DNA of 64,000 nt from Bacteroidia bacterium (GCA_964215915.1 CAXPEB010000080.1:4355-68354), one strand, 5' to 3'; shown: positions 9,595 through 20,207, numbered from the stretch's first letter. Notes: generated by a model from the letters alone, not told the origin. Made by a program: numbers and translations.

Positions 9595-10206
9595 ATGCAG
9601 GTAACGGCGGAACTTATGCACTACCTTTGTTTAATGCATGAATCGCTTCCTGTCGAAGAGAACCCCTGGAAGATCATCCATACGGAAGAAAAACTCGACA
9701 CCCCCTGGATCCGCGTATTGCTTCACGATGTGCTCACCCCTTCCGGAGAAAAAGGCATTTATGGAATTACCCGGTTTAAGCACTACGCTATCGGGGTATT
9801 GCCGGTAGACGACGAAGGCTATACTTGGATTGTCGGGCAATACCGTTTTCCTACCGGAACATACAGTTGGGAAATTCCCGAAGGCGGAGGTGCCCTGGAG
9901 GTTCCTCCTATCGAGTCGGCAAAACGGGAGCTGAAGGAAGAAACCGGTATCGAAGCGGATAACTGGGAACTTCTTCTGGAAATGGACCTGAGTAACAGTG
10001 CCACGGACGAAAAAGCTTTTTTGTACCTTGCCCGTAGACTTCGTTTCGGAGAAAGCCAGCCTGACTCGAACGAAAAACTGACAGTGCGCCGGATACATAT
10101 GGATGAATTATACGCGCGTGTCAGGTCGTCAGAGATCACAGACAGCCTGACAGTAGCGGCGGTACAACAATACCGGATCAGGCAGCTGGAAGGGTCTTTG
10201 CTTTAA
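9595..10206 (+). CDS. NUDIX hydrolase (ADP-ribose pyrophosphatase-like)
   Basis: Nudix box EGGGALEVPPIESAKRELKEETGIE. Confidence 0.8.
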   Translation: MQVTAELMHYLCLMHESLPVEENPWKIIHTEEKLDTPWIRVLLHDVLTPSGEKGIYGITRFKHYAIGVLPVDDEGYTWIVGQYRFPTGTYSWEIPEGGGALEVPPIESAKRELKEETGIEADNWELLLEMDLSNSATDEKAFLYLARRLRFGESQPDSNEKLTVRRIHMDELYARVRSSEITDSLTVAAVQQYRIRQLEGSLL

Positions 10207-10216
10207 CAGTACACAT

Positions 10217-10702
10217 ATGAACGCAAAATCAAAAACCAATCACATTGGTCTTCAAGTAGGCCATTCTTCTGACCTGGCAGACAAGCTAAATGATCTGCTG
10301 GCTAACTACCAGGTATATTACCTGAATACCCGTGGGTTCCACTGGAACATCAAAGGCGATAAATTCTTCGAACTTCATATCAAATTTGAAGAACTGTATA
10401 CCGACCTTCAGCTGAAGATCGATGAAATTGCCGAACGGGTACTTACCCTGGGATTTACCCCGCTCCACTCCTTTGAAGATTACCTGAAAAAAAGTGAAAT
10501 CCGCCCGGTTGTAAACCAAAGCGACGGAGAAAAATGCGTACGCTCTATCCTGGACGGATTCTCCATACTGCTGGAAAAACAACGCGTGATCCTTGACCTT
10601 TCGGCCGATGCCAATGACGAAGGAACCAACGCCATGATGAGTGACTATATCCGCGAACAGGAGAAGCTCGTCTGGATGTATTCTTCCTTCCTCGGGAAAT
10701 AA
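10217..10702 (+). CDS. dps: Dps (DNA protection during starvation, ferritin-like)
   Basis: 161 aa with Dps-like ferroxidase residues in HW...FFELHIKFEELY...DEIAERV. Confidence 0.85.
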   Translation: MNAKSKTNHIGLQVGHSSDLADKLNDLLANYQVYYLNTRGFHWNIKGDKFFELHIKFEELYTDLQLKIDEIAERVLTLGFTPLHSFEDYLKKSEIRPVVNQSDGEKCVRSILDGFSILLEKQRVILDLSADANDEGTNAMMSDYIREQEKLVWMYSSFLGK

Positions 10703-10758
10703 TGGTTATCCCAAAGTAGTGCTTTATTATTGCAGCCTCTCAACCGCAAACTGATTAG

Positions 10759-12078
10759 ATGAATGCATTGGTTATGGCGGGGCAGATGATCCTGGCCCTG
10801 TCGATATTGATTACCCTACATGAATTAGGACATTACCTGGCTGCAAGAGCCTTCGGTATCAAAGTGGAGAAGTTCTTTCTCTTCTTTGATGCCGGAGGTT
10901 TCAAGCTTTTCTCTTTCCGTAAAGGAGATACGGAATATGGTATGGGATGGCTCCCGCTCGGGGGCTATGTAAAGATTGCCGGTATGATCGACGAATCCAT
11001 GGATACCGATCAGCTGAAATCTGAACCCCAACCCTGGGAATTCCGAAGCAAACCCGCCTGGCAAAGACTTATCGTAATGCTGGCCGGGGTAACCGTTAAT
11101 ATCATTCTGGGTATTGTGATCTTCTCCGGAAGCCTTCTTTATTACGGCGATCAATACCTGCTCAATAAAGATGCACGTTTTGGAATTACGGCTTCGGAAT
11201 ATGCACAGAGTATCGGGTTCCGTGACGGCGACCATATTCTGAAGATCAACGGACAGGATGTGGTTCGTTTCGATGAGATCCTTAATCCATCCAATATCCT
11301 GAACTCAGCCAACTTCACCGTGCAGCGCGGTGACTCCGTATTTGATATCCACCTTCCCGACTCCGCACTGGGTTCCCTGAACTCCAAAAAATCCAGCTTT
11401 CTCGGATTACGCAGGGAGTTTGTGGTAAATAAAGTGGTGGGTGGAAGCAATGCCGCCAAAGCCGGTTTACAGAAAGGGGATCATATCCTCCGGGTGGAAA
11501 ACGAAGACGCCCGCTTTTTTCATGATTTCCAGCGTATCCTCTCCAAGCATGAAGAAGAAGATGTGAAGCTGCTGGTGAAAAGGGATGACGATACCCTGGA
11601 CATGATGGTCAGTGTCAACAAAGGAGGCACTATCGGGTTTGAAGCCACCTTCGACGAATTGAATTTCCAGACCGAATACTACTCCTTCGGAGAATCGCTG
11701 AAACGCGGAAATGAACGGGCCTTTGCCTCTCTCATTGTGAACATTAAAGGCTTGGGCAAGATCTTTTCCGGAGATGTAGACCCCACCAAATCACTGATGG
11801 GACCGATTGCCCTGGCCACCGTTTTCGGATCTACCTGGGATTGGGAGAACTTCTGGGGACTAACCGGACTGCTCAGTATGGTATTGGCCTTTATGAATGT
11901 GCTGCCTATCCCTGCACTGGATGGAGGACATGCCCTCTTCCTGTTCGTAGAAATGGTCATTCGGCGCCCGCTTGGGGATAAGTTCATGCAGGTTACACAG
12001 GTCATCGGTATGGTAATCTTACTTAGCTTGATGATCTTTGTTTTCGGCAATGACATCTGGAACCTCATCACTTCTTAA
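10759..12078 (+). CDS. rseP: RIP metalloprotease RseP (site-2 protease with PDZ domains)
   Basis: HELGHYLAARAFG zinc motif, PDZ segments, and the C-terminal LDGGH motif. Confidence 0.9.
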   Translation: MNALVMAGQMILALSILITLHELGHYLAARAFGIKVEKFFLFFDAGGFKLFSFRKGDTEYGMGWLPLGGYVKIAGMIDESMDTDQLKSEPQPWEFRSKPAWQRLIVMLAGVTVNIILGIVIFSGSLLYYGDQYLLNKDARFGITASEYAQSIGFRDGDHILKINGQDVVRFDEILNPSNILNSANFTVQRGDSVFDIHLPDSALGSLNSKKSSFLGLRREFVVNKVVGGSNAAKAGLQKGDHILRVENEDARFFHDFQRILSKHEEEDVKLLVKRDDDTLDMMVSVNKGGTIGFEATFDELNFQTEYYSFGESLKRGNERAFASLIVNIKGLGKIFSGDVDPTKSLMGPIALATVFGSTWDWENFWGLTGLLSMVLAFMNVLPIPALDGGHALFLFVEMVIRRPLGDKFMQVTQVIGMVILLSLMIFVFGNDIWNLITS

Positions 12079-12859
12079 GGGATTCTTTTGCCTGCTTACG
12101 GTACTTACCGGCCTGGGTTTACAAGCACAGGACTATACCTCCGGTGTTCCCGACAGCACCTTCAATAAGGATTCCGTTTCCGAGATCAGAATTCTGATCG
12201 TTCCCTTTAACCCAGCTATGTACTTCTCCGATGCGGATAAGGACATTGGCGACGTATCTCAGCTTCCTCCGGGAGAAGTCAGGAGACGCATGAGCGCCAA
12301 CCTGGAGAATGCCCTGTCGGATCAGTTCGGATTGTATTACAACAGCAAAGGCATTTCTAAAACCAAAGATGCCGCAGACGACCTGGACCTGATTTTCGGG
12401 TCCATTCAATATGCCCCGAAACCGGCCAACCCGCAGGAAAATTCTGAGGAAGAAAAGCCGGCCAAAAGTGTATTGAACGGGTTGAAACAAAAACTAAAAG
12501 AGGGCCAGAAGGATACGGAAAAACAAAAGGCGGATGAATCCTCTATTTATATGGATGTGGCCTTTTCTGACCAGCGCCTGCTCAATTACCTGGGTGATAA
12601 ATACGAAACCGACTATGTGATCTTTGTCAATCAGTTTGAGATCATTACCGATTACGAAAACTGCATCGATCTGCAAAACCGGAAATACTACCGGGAGATC
12701 CGCGTGCATTATTCGGTATACTCCAGGGATGGAAAGCGTGTTGGCGGTCAGGTGATCGTTATGCCCTACCATAGCAACGAAAACCAGATATCGGTAATCG
12801 TTCGGGATAATTTCGGACAGATCAGCCGCCAGCTGATGGAACAGGTCTATAAACAGTAA
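12038..12859 (+). CDS. Hypothetical secreted protein
   Basis: N-terminal hydrophobic signal-like segment (GFFCLLTVLTGLGLQAQ). The start is uncertain and overlaps the rseP end. Confidence 0.45.
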   Translation: MFSAMTSGTSSLLKGFFCLLTVLTGLGLQAQDYTSGVPDSTFNKDSVSEIRILIVPFNPAMYFSDADKDIGDVSQLPPGEVRRRMSANLENALSDQFGLYYNSKGISKTKDAADDLDLIFGSIQYAPKPANPQENSEEEKPAKSVLNGLKQKLKEGQKDTEKQKADESSIYMDVAFSDQRLLNYLGDKYETDYVIFVNQFEIITDYENCIDLQNRKYYREIRVHYSVYSRDGKRVGGQVIVMPYHSNENQISVIVRDNFGQISRQLMEQVYKQ

Positions 12860-13356
12860 TGACGTATTTCGACGTATTTCAAATTCCGGTCAGCTTTTTT
12901 CCTGACCAGGATGCTCTCAGAAAACAATACTACCGCCTAAGCCGGGAATTTCACCCCGACCTGGGAGAAGCAGGCCAGGAAAGCGAACGCCTGCAGCAAA
13001 GCAGCCAACTGAACGAGGCTTACCGTACCCTCAGCAATTTCGAATCGCGGGTAGCTCATATCCTGAAGATTGAAGGTGTGCTCAATGACACGGACAAGCA
13101 GGAACTTTCTCCCGACTTTCTGATGGAAATGATGGAATACAACGAGGAGCTGATGGAGGCGCGTATGGAAGGCGGAGAAAGAGCCGATACGATCCGTGCC
13201 CGTATCCTGGAGAAAGCCGGCACCTTGCGCAGCGAATGGGAAGCTCAATGCCGGGAATATGACCGGAACCCGGAACAAGCTACCCTGCAATCCATAAAAG
13301 AATACTATTTCCGTAACCGTTACCTCAACCGGTTGCTGGAACAAATCACCGACTGA
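12859..13356 (+). CDS. J-domain co-chaperone, HscB-like
   Basis: J-domain with the HPD tripeptide (REFHPDL) and a helical C-terminal domain, at the roughly 165-aa length of HscB. Confidence 0.6.
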   Translation: MTYFDVFQIPVSFFPDQDALRKQYYRLSREFHPDLGEAGQESERLQQSSQLNEAYRTLSNFESRVAHILKIEGVLNDTDKQELSPDFLMEMMEYNEELMEARMEGGERADTIRARILEKAGTLRSEWEAQCREYDRNPEQATLQSIKEYYFRNRYLNRLLEQITD

Positions 13357-13358
13357 CT

Positions 13359-14687
13359 TTAGCGCCGGAATGGCATTCCGCGCATGCTGCGGCCCGCTCC
13401 CTGCATTTTATTCATGGTCTTCATCATCTTACGCATGTCCTCAAACTGCTTGATGAGTTTGTTGACTTCCGTAATATCGCGGCCTGATCCCATGGCAATA
13501 CGTTTTTTGCGGGTGCCGTTCAGGGCATCGGGGTTCTTTCTTTCAAACGGGGTCATGGATTGAATGATGGATTCCACTCCCTTGAAGGAGTTTTCATCGA
13601 TATCCACATCCTTAATGGCTTTACCTACCCCGGGAATCATTCCCATAAGGTCCTTGATATTGCCCATTTTTTTGATCTGCTGCAACTGCTTCAGAAAATC
13701 ATCGAAGTCGAAGTCATTTCCCCGGATCTTCTTTTGCAGGCGTTCGGCCTCTTCCTCGTCAAAGACCTGCTGGGCTTTTTCCACCAAGGAAACAATATCG
13801 CCCATGCCCAATATACGGGAAGCCATACGGTCGGGGTGGAATACATCCAGGGCATCCATCTTCTCCCCCATACTTACAAACTTGATGGGTTTGTTGACCT
13901 GCGACTTGATGGAAAGTGCCGCTCCACCCCGGGTATCGCCATCCATCTTGGTGAGCACCACCCCGTTAAAATCCAGGCGCTCATTAAACGCTTCTGCCGT
14001 ATTTACGGCATCCTGACCGGTCATGGCATCCACCACGAACAAAATCTCCTGAGGTTGAACCGCCGCTTTAACCGCTGCGATCTCTTTCATCATCTCCTCA
14101 TCAATACTCAGTCGGCCTGCCGTATCAATGATCACCACATTGTTCCCGTTACGTTTGGCTTCACTGATCGCATTTTTTGCAATCTCCACCGGGTTTTTAT
14201 TTCCTTCTTCGGTATAAACAGGAACCTCTACCTGTCCGCCAAGCACTTTCAACTGGTCGATCGCAGCCGGACGGTAAACGTCGCCGGCAACCAATAACGG
14301 ATTACGCCCCTTGCCCTTGATATACCGGGCCAGTTTTCCGGAGAATGTAGTCTTACCGGATCCTTGTAAGCCGGCAATCAGAATAACAGCAGGGTTACCA
14401 GTGATATTAAATTCCGCTGTTTGTCCACCCAGGAGTTCTTTGAGCTCGTCGTTGACAATCTTGATCATCAACTGCCCGGGAGACACTGCCGTTAATACAT
14501 TCTGCCCGAGAGCCTTCTCTTTGACCGTATCGGTGAACGACTTGGCAATCTTATAGTTCACGTCGGCCTCCACCAATGCCTTACGGATTTCCTTAACCGT
14601 CTCGGCAATGTTGAGTTCCGTGATCTTTCCCTGTCCCTTCAGCGTCTTAAACGCGCGATCCAATCGTGAACTGAGGTTTTCAAACAT
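13359..14687 (-). CDS. ffh: Signal recognition particle protein Ffh
   Basis: NG domain GLQGSGKTT, DTAGR, TKMDGDTRGG, and a Met-rich M domain. Confidence 0.95.
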   Translation of the reverse strand: MFENLSSRLDRAFKTLKGQGKITELNIAETVKEIRKALVEADVNYKIAKSFTDTVKEKALGQNVLTAVSPGQLMIKIVNDELKELLGGQTAEFNITGNPAVILIAGLQGSGKTTFSGKLARYIKGKGRNPLLVAGDVYRPAAIDQLKVLGGQVEVPVYTEEGNKNPVEIAKNAISEAKRNGNNVVIIDTAGRLSIDEEMMKEIAAVKAAVQPQEILFVVDAMTGQDAVNTAEAFNERLDFNGVVLTKMDGDTRGGAALSIKSQVNKPIKFVSMGEKMDALDVFHPDRMASRILGMGDIVSLVEKAQQVFDEEEAERLQKKIRGNDFDFDDFLKQLQQIKKMGNIKDLMGMIPGVGKAIKDVDIDENSFKGVESIIQSMTPFERKNPDALNGTRKKRIAMGSGRDITEVNKLIKQFEDMRKMMKTMNKMQGAGRSMRGMPFRR

Positions 14688-14725
14688 GGTTACCTGATCT
14701 TATTTTTGAACTGCAAAAGTAAGGA

Positions 14726-15139
14726 ATGACCGAGGAAAATTCACCCCTTCCTGACCGCCTCGTCTTTTTCGATGGCATTTGTGCTTTCTGTAACCGTTCG
14801 GTACGCTTTATTCTGAAACGCGACAAACGGGAGCGTTTTTTCTTTGCCCCTTTGCAAGGCTCAACAGCTGAAAAGATTCTCCCGGGACAAAACCCGGAAC
14901 AGCCAGAATCCTTGTGTTACCTGCGTAAGGGAATTTTGTACCGCAAAAGCAGTGCTGCCCTACATATAGCGCTTGATCTCGATGGAGCCTGGTTTCTGCT
15001 TGCCCCTTTTTTGCTGATCCCGGCTCCGTTCAGGGATTATCTTTATGACGGCTTTGCAGCAAGACGTTATGCCTGGTTTGGAAAATACGATAGCTGTCAG
15101 TTGCCCGATGCCGGAGAAAGAGCACGTTACCTTCCCTGA
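14726..15139 (+). CDS. DCC-family thiol-disulfide oxidoreductase (DUF393/YuxK-like)
   Basis: FFDGICAFCN CxxC motif at the N-terminus, typical of the DCC1-like family. Confidence 0.75.
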   Translation: MTEENSPLPDRLVFFDGICAFCNRSVRFILKRDKRERFFFAPLQGSTAEKILPGQNPEQPESLCYLRKGILYRKSSAALHIALDLDGAWFLLAPFLLIPAPFRDYLYDGFAARRYAWFGKYDSCQLPDAGERARYLP

Positions 15140-15188
15140 GCATTTTGAATCATAGCCTATTCGGCTATTTTTGCAGCAAGCGAATTTC

Positions 15189-15899
15189 ATGAAAAAAGCA
15201 TTGCTATTTGCGGTTATTCCGGTCATAATGCTCGGAGCCTGCAACCAGAACGACACTACGGAGACGGTCAAAGAAGATAAATCTTCCACTGACGAAATGC
15301 TCATGCACCAGGCCCTGAACCGGCGTGATTACCCGACGGCACTGGTCAGCATTAACCGCATTCTGGCAACCGACAGTACCCGGAAACAACTCTACGATAC
15401 GTTGTTTGCCATTTATAATGAGCTGCAGAACCCGTACGCAGTTGCCGATGTTGGCCCTTTGATCCTGAAAGACCGTCCGAACGACCTGCAGATTCTTGAG
15501 CCGACTGCAGCGGCATTTGAAATTCTGGGCGAGTTCAGTCTTGCCCTGGAACTGGAAGACCGCCTGTTTGCTATTACCGGCGACCCACAGCTAAAGCTTC
15601 AGATAGCCAGCAACCAGTTTAATCAGGGGAATATCGAAGGCGCTAAAGCTTCTCTTGAATGGGTGTTAGACAACCGCCAGCAAACCGATACGGTAAAGGT
15701 GGAACAACCCATGCCCACCGTGCCGGACAAAACACAAAAGATCCGGATACGGGCCATTGCATATTATATGCTTGGCAACCTGTACATGCAGACCAATAAC
15801 CGCAACAAAGCGAAACAAAGTTTCGAGGCGGCACTGCAAATTGAGCCTTTCTACGACATGGCTGCCACTTCTCTGCTTGAGCTGGAGAAAGGGAGATAA
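15189..15899 (+). CDS. TPR-repeat lipoprotein
   Basis: Lipoprotein signal MKKALLFAVIPVIMLGAC followed by TPR-like helical repeats. Confidence 0.55.
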   Translation: MKKALLFAVIPVIMLGACNQNDTTETVKEDKSSTDEMLMHQALNRRDYPTALVSINRILATDSTRKQLYDTLFAIYNELQNPYAVADVGPLILKDRPNDLQILEPTAAAFEILGEFSLALELEDRLFAITGDPQLKLQIASNQFNQGNIEGAKASLEWVLDNRQQTDTVKVEQPMPTVPDKTQKIRIRAIAYYMLGNLYMQTNNRNKAKQSFEAALQIEPFYDMAATSLLELEKGR

Positions 15900-15904
15900 T
15901 TTGG

Positions 15905-16450
15905 TCAGGATTTGCGGGGAGCCCATGCGATTTCTCCGCTGTTCTGGTCCAGGGTGATCTTTCGGGCCAGTACGAACAGGTAATCACTCAGCCGGTTCAG
16001 GTAAACCCGGATATCCTGGTCTACCTCCTCTGTTTCCGCCAGTTTTATCACCAATCTTTCTGCCCTGCGGCATACACAGCGGGCAACATGACACATAGCT
16101 GCATCGCGAGTTCCTCCGGGAAGTATGAAGTTTTTAAGTGCGGGGAGTTCTTCATTAAGGGCATCCATTCTATCTTCCAGTGCAGTGATGTCTTCGGGCT
16201 TCAAATCCGGAACAACCATCTTTGATCCCGGAACAGAAGCCAGCAGGGAGCCTATGGTAAAAAGCCGATCCTGGATAAACAGCAAGTGTTTCTGATCCGT
16301 TTCATTCGCCGTACAGGCCACATAGCCCAGGTAAGAATTCAACTCGTCCAGGGTACCATAAGCTTCTATCCGTGCATGGTATTTCGGAACCCTTACTCCG
16401 CCGATCAATGCGGTTTCTCCTTTGTCTCCTGTTTTCGTATAGATTTTCAT
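15905..16450 (-). CDS. Cob(I)yrinic acid a,c-diamide / cob(I)alamin adenosyltransferase, PduO type
   Basis: MKIYTKTGDKGETALIGGVRVPKYHARIEAYGTLDELNS is the PduO-type signature. Confidence 0.8.
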   Translation of the reverse strand: MKIYTKTGDKGETALIGGVRVPKYHARIEAYGTLDELNSYLGYVACTANETDQKHLLFIQDRLFTIGSLLASVPGSKMVVPDLKPEDITALEDRMDALNEELPALKNFILPGGTRDAAMCHVARCVCRRAERLVIKLAETEEVDQDIRVYLNRLSDYLFVLARKITLDQNSGEIAWAPRKS

Positions 16451-16541
16451 ACCCCTCAAAAATACAAAAGAAGGCGATCGCCCACACGACCGCCTTCAGC
16501 AACCACACGCTACAGCATGGCAAGACGCCACAGAGTAATAA

Positions 16542-17312
16542 CTATTGGATATTGAGGGTTCCCATTTGGGTGATTTGTCCGTTTACAACGACTACACCGG
16601 TAAAAGTGGTATCCTGATAAGGAGCCGGGGGAAGTATATCAACCTGATAGGTCCCGGACTGAAGTCCCTGCACGATAAACGATCCCGCACTGTCACTATA
16701 GGTTCCGGTGGTATCCCCCATCGTGCTTATGGCCTGAACCCTGGCAATCACCGAAGGACTGATCTTACCTTGTATGGCTCCATCGATTCCCTGGGTTATC
16801 GCCCGGATAACCGGTTTCAGAATAAAGGCGCCATTACCGGTTTCAACGATACTCATAGAAGCATCAAAGTCGAGAAGTATGGTATAACGGATGCCGGGAC
16901 TCAGGTTTTGGTGAATTTGAACTTTCAACCCGCTTTGCTGGGCACTCGGGGTAGCCAGGTCATACGAATTACCGTTCAGCACAACGGAATTCCGGCTTCC
17001 GAGTTTAAGCCGTAGTTGGGAAATTTGTCCTGATGGAAGCGTTGCCGTTCCCAGCAGCGTATCCAAACCGTTGGTAAGCTCAAGCAAGTCATAAACTCCA
17101 GGATTGGCCAGTGCAACGGTATTCCAACCGTTAACATCCGAATGGATCTCCACTCCCTGAATATCCACCAATACGGCATCAAAAGGCCCGGGAGCATCGG
17201 TCATTCTGACTTCTACTTCCGACTCACCGTTGGTTTCGGGAGAATTTCCTTTGTCGCAGGATAACAGGACTAAGGCCATCAGGGTGGCCAGGATTATGTT
17301 TGGCTTTTTCAT
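16542..17312 (-). CDS. DUF4382-like lipoprotein (carboxypeptidase-regulatory-like beta domain)
   Basis: Lipoprotein signal MKKPNIILATLMALVLLSC followed by a beta-rich, S/T/G-rich sequence. Confidence 0.55.
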   Translation of the reverse strand: MKKPNIILATLMALVLLSCDKGNSPETNGESEVEVRMTDAPGPFDAVLVDIQGVEIHSDVNGWNTVALANPGVYDLLELTNGLDTLLGTATLPSGQISQLRLKLGSRNSVVLNGNSYDLATPSAQQSGLKVQIHQNLSPGIRYTILLDFDASMSIVETGNGAFILKPVIRAITQGIDGAIQGKISPSVIARVQAISTMGDTTGTYSDSAGSFIVQGLQSGTYQVDILPPAPYQDTTFTGVVVVNGQITQMGTLNIQ

Positions 17313-17462
17313 GGTTTTGTGTTTGACCATGATGTGCCAAGGACATTGCCATTATCTCAGGACTGCTTAATAAGCAACTGGAAGCCAGACTATTGAATCT
17401 TCCATATAGGTAATTGAATGGGCGTTAACCCTTTCAGATTGATAAGGTATTCTCTCAATCTG

Positions 17463-18161
17463 TTAGGAATCGGCCAGGACTTCTCGCCCGTCAGATTCTA
17501 CTATACCGTCGCGGAGGCGAACGATTCGTTTTGCCCTTTGTGCAATATCCTCCTCATGGGTCACCAGGATAATGGTATTTCCCGCTGCATGAATCTCTTC
17601 AAAAAGTTCCATGATCTCTACGGACGTTTTAGTATCCAGGTTTCCGGTGGGTTCGTCAGCAAGAATAATGGATGGGTTATTTACCAGGGCTCTGGCAATG
17701 GCCACACGCTGTCTCTGCCCACCACTCAGTTCATTGGGTTTGTGATCCATCCGGTCGGTGAGGTTCACCTGCTGGAGCACTTTTTCCGCTTTTGCTTTTC
17801 TTTCTGACTTGGAAATTCCGGCATAAACCAAGGGTAGCTGAACATTTTCCGAAGCGGTTTGACGCGGTAAAAGGTTGAAGCTCTGGAATACGAAACCGAT
17901 TTCTTTGTTACGAATGGCTGCTAATTCCGTATCACTGCGTTCGCTAACGAGCTTGCCGTTAAGCTTGTAGATACCGGAGCTAGGGGTATCCAGGCAACCC
18001 AGTACATTCATCAGGGTAGATTTACCCGAACCCGAAGGTCCCATTAACGCAACGTATTCACCCTGGTCAATATCCAGGTTGATACCGGCAAGGGCGGCAA
18101 CTTCGATTTGCCCGATGCGGTAGATCTTTTTGATATCCCGAAGTTCTATCAGTGAAGACAC
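17463..18161 (-). CDS. ABC transporter ATP-binding protein (LolD/MacB/FtsE-like), no adjacent permease
   Basis: Walker [10 protein letters not shown], signature [15 protein letters not shown], and Walker [12 protein letters not shown]. Confidence 0.85.
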   Translation of the reverse strand: MSSLIELRDIKKIYRIGQIEVAALAGINLDIDQGEYVALMGPSGSGKSTLMNVLGCLDTPSSGIYKLNGKLVSERSDTELAAIRNKEIGFVFQSFNLLPRQTASENVQLPLVYAGISKSERKAKAEKVLQQVNLTDRMDHKPNELSGGQRQRVAIARALVNNPSIILADEPTGNLDTKTSVEIMELFEEIHAAGNTIILVTHEEDIAQRAKRIVRLRDGIVESDGREVLADS

Positions 18162-18451
18162 TAGCGATTGATCACTTTAGGTACACGGAAATAATCGGAA
18201 TCTTTTTTCGGAGCATTCCTCAGGGCCTCTTCATGTGTGATATCCTGTCTGACTTCATCCTCCCGCAATACATTTTGCTCGTCGTTGATGAAGATCAGTG
18301 GTTCCACGCCCTCGGTATCCAGAGCATTGAGTTGCTCACAAAACCCGAGGATCTTCTCCAGGTCCTTACGGATATTCTCCTTTTCTTCATCCACAAATTC
18401 AAGCCTGGCAAGGTGCGCCAGACGGTCTATGGTTTCATCCGTTATCCGCAT
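18161..18451 (-). CDS. gatC: Asp-tRNA(Asn)/Glu-tRNA(Gln) amidotransferase subunit C
   Basis: About 96 aa with [11 protein letters not shown].....L..IL.F...L...D...VEP. Confidence 0.8.
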   Translation of the reverse strand: MRITDETIDRLAHLARLEFVDEEKENIRKDLEKILGFCEQLNALDTEGVEPLIFINDEQNVLREDEVRQDITHEEALRNAPKKDSDYFRVPKVINR

Positions 18452-19190
18452 ATTCCGATAATTTCGATTCAATAATAAAAAAAACCTGCTGCTTCAGGGC
18501 ATCTGCATCCTCCGGCTTTAGACCGGCAGTAGAAATCGGGCGATGAACGAACATGCGCATTTTTCCCGGACTGCCCACAAACTTCCCCTGATCGGGTAAC
18601 CGTTTGTGATTATCCGGAAGGGTAACCGGAACCAGGGGAACTCCGTTTTCTATAGCCAGACGGAAAGGACCGTCTTTGAATTTGCCCAGTTTCGGGGCTC
18701 CCTTCGGGATAGTCCCTTCGGGAAACAAAACCAGGGAAGTTCCCTGCTGCAAACGCCGGCCGGCTTCCAGAAAGGCTTTATGCGACTGAATGGCACTCTT
18801 TCGGTTAACCCCGATGTCTATGGTTCGGAAAAACACCCCAAATAATGGAATACGGGCAAGCTCCGATTTTGCCATATAAGCCAGATGCCCGGGTATCATT
18901 ACGGCAATGGAAGGAATATCAAGGTAGGAAGAATGGTTGGGCGCAAAGAGGTAGGTTTGTTCAGGGTCGAGGGGTGACTCAAACTCCACCTTCCAGCGTA
19001 TTCCGGTCATAAACAGAATGTACTTTCCCCAAATCACCCGCAGCTTATGCGCGGCAGTATACCTTTTCTCACGACTCAGCAGGAAAAGGAACACCGGGTA
19101 GCTCAGGAGAAAAAACAGGAGGAAATGGATCCCCAGCCAGACCGCCCAAAGGTATTTCCAGAATGGTTCAGCCTTCTGCGCTTTTTCCAT
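18435..19190 (-). CDS. 1-acyl-sn-glycerol-3-phosphate acyltransferase family (lysophospholipid acyltransferase)
   Basis: HX4D motif NHSSYLD and the FPEGT motif. The start was refined to the internal Met. Confidence 0.75.
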   Translation of the reverse strand: MEKAQKAEPFWKYLWAVWLGIHFLLFFLLSYPVFLFLLSREKRYTAAHKLRVIWGKYILFMTGIRWKVEFESPLDPEQTYLFAPNHSSYLDIPSIAVMIPGHLAYMAKSELARIPLFGVFFRTIDIGVNRKSAIQSHKAFLEAGRRLQQGTSLVLFPEGTIPKGAPKLGKFKDGPFRLAIENGVPLVPVTLPDNHKRLPDQGKFVGSPGKMRMFVHRPISTAGLKPEDADALKQQVFFIIESKLSEYADNG

Positions 19191-19584
19191 GAAATACGTC
19201 GATAAGTCCTTCCAGCTGCATGGATAAAAAATTAGTGAGCGGCCGCACTGCAACCAGTTTGAGCACCGGGCTGAGTTCGGCTTTCATGATGGCCTGAACC
19301 TGGGTTCCTTCCCCACTCTTCCGCAACTCCCAAATTACTTCAAAGGGAAAGGGTATTCTTCCGTTCGGGGCCAGTTTAAGGTGAGTAGGTTCCGTGCGTT
19401 CCGTAACCTTCAGGTGAACGGACCCAGTGCCTTTGATGGTGTATTCGCAGGTGTCACCGTCGACTTTCCAGTTTATCACCTGTGCCGGCATGATCCTTTC
19501 GTGGTTGGCCAGAATGCTAATGAACTCCCAAACCTGGCTAATCGGACTATTAAGGTATTTGCTTTCGGTTTCTATTCGCGTCAT
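19168..19584 (-). CDS. SRPBCC (START/Bet v1-like) family protein
   Basis: 138 aa with a polyketide_cyc2-like pattern. This is a weak call. Confidence 0.5.
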   Translation of the reverse strand: MTRIETESKYLNSPISQVWEFISILANHERIMPAQVINWKVDGDTCEYTIKGTGSVHLKVTERTEPTHLKLAPNGRIPFPFEVIWELRKSGEGTQVQAIMKAELSPVLKLVAVRPLTNFLSMQLEGLIDVFHGKSAEG

Positions 19585-20207
19585 CTCTTCAGAAATACGA
19601 CTATGATAACGGAAAAAAGTATACCGAATACGGGAGCAAGCCCCACAAATCGGATAATACTTCCGTTAAACGAGAAGTTCTGCCTTTCAACCTCCATGGC
19701 CAAATCGCGTACTGCCTGCAACGAATCCAGGGCTGCCTGCCGGTATTGTTCGTAACGTTCGGGCAACAATACCCCACTGTCTTTTCCTGCCATCAGGTGT
19801 TCGTAGTATTCGTCCAGATTGTTGGCCGTACTGTCTTTCCCTTTTACGAATCTGGGGACCAGAATCTCTTCGGAAAAACGGGCCCGCTGATCCGGACGAA
19901 CAAAATTGAAATAGGAAGCTGAAACCACGGCAATGATCAATCCGTGCAACACAGCAGTCAGTACTCCGGTAATCATATACCTCAATACACCGATGTTTTC
20001 TCCCGAACTTGTCTCGGCTTTACGCAGATACCGCAGTACAAAATAAACAGCCACCCCTGACGACAGGTAATGCAGGGTAATAAAAGCGGCCTGCACGGAC
20101 ATGGACAGGTGCGGGAAGCTCCGTGTCATATAAAAAAACATGAGCACACTTGGCAACACGCAGATGCCTGCCCATTTGAACATCGTTTTCATGCTGCAAA
20201 AAAACAA
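19581..20207 (-). CDS. Hypothetical membrane protein
   Basis: Several predicted TM helices. It overlaps the SRPBCC gene by 4 nt. Confidence 0.5.
   Translation of the reverse strand: MFFCSMKTMFKWAGICVLPSVLMFFYMTRSFPHLSMSVQAAFITLHYLSSGVAVYFVLRYLRKAETSSGENIGVLRYMITGVLTAVLHGLIIAVVSASYFNFVRPDQRARFSEEILVPRFVKGKDSTANNLDEYYEHLMAGKDSGVLLPERYEQYRQAALDSLQAVRDLAMEVERQNFSFNGSIIRFVGLAPVFGILFSVIIVVFLKR

Noticed and set aside
12038-12078. Possible frameshift or pseudogene, because the 273-aa ORF start overlaps the rseP 3' end by 41 nt.
   Set aside because: rseP has an intact C-terminus with the LDGGH motif and its own stop. The overlap is most simply an over-extended start call for the downstream gene.
13560-14297. 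245-aa plus-strand ORF.
   Set aside because: Antisense to ffh, which has unmistakable SRP GTPase motifs.
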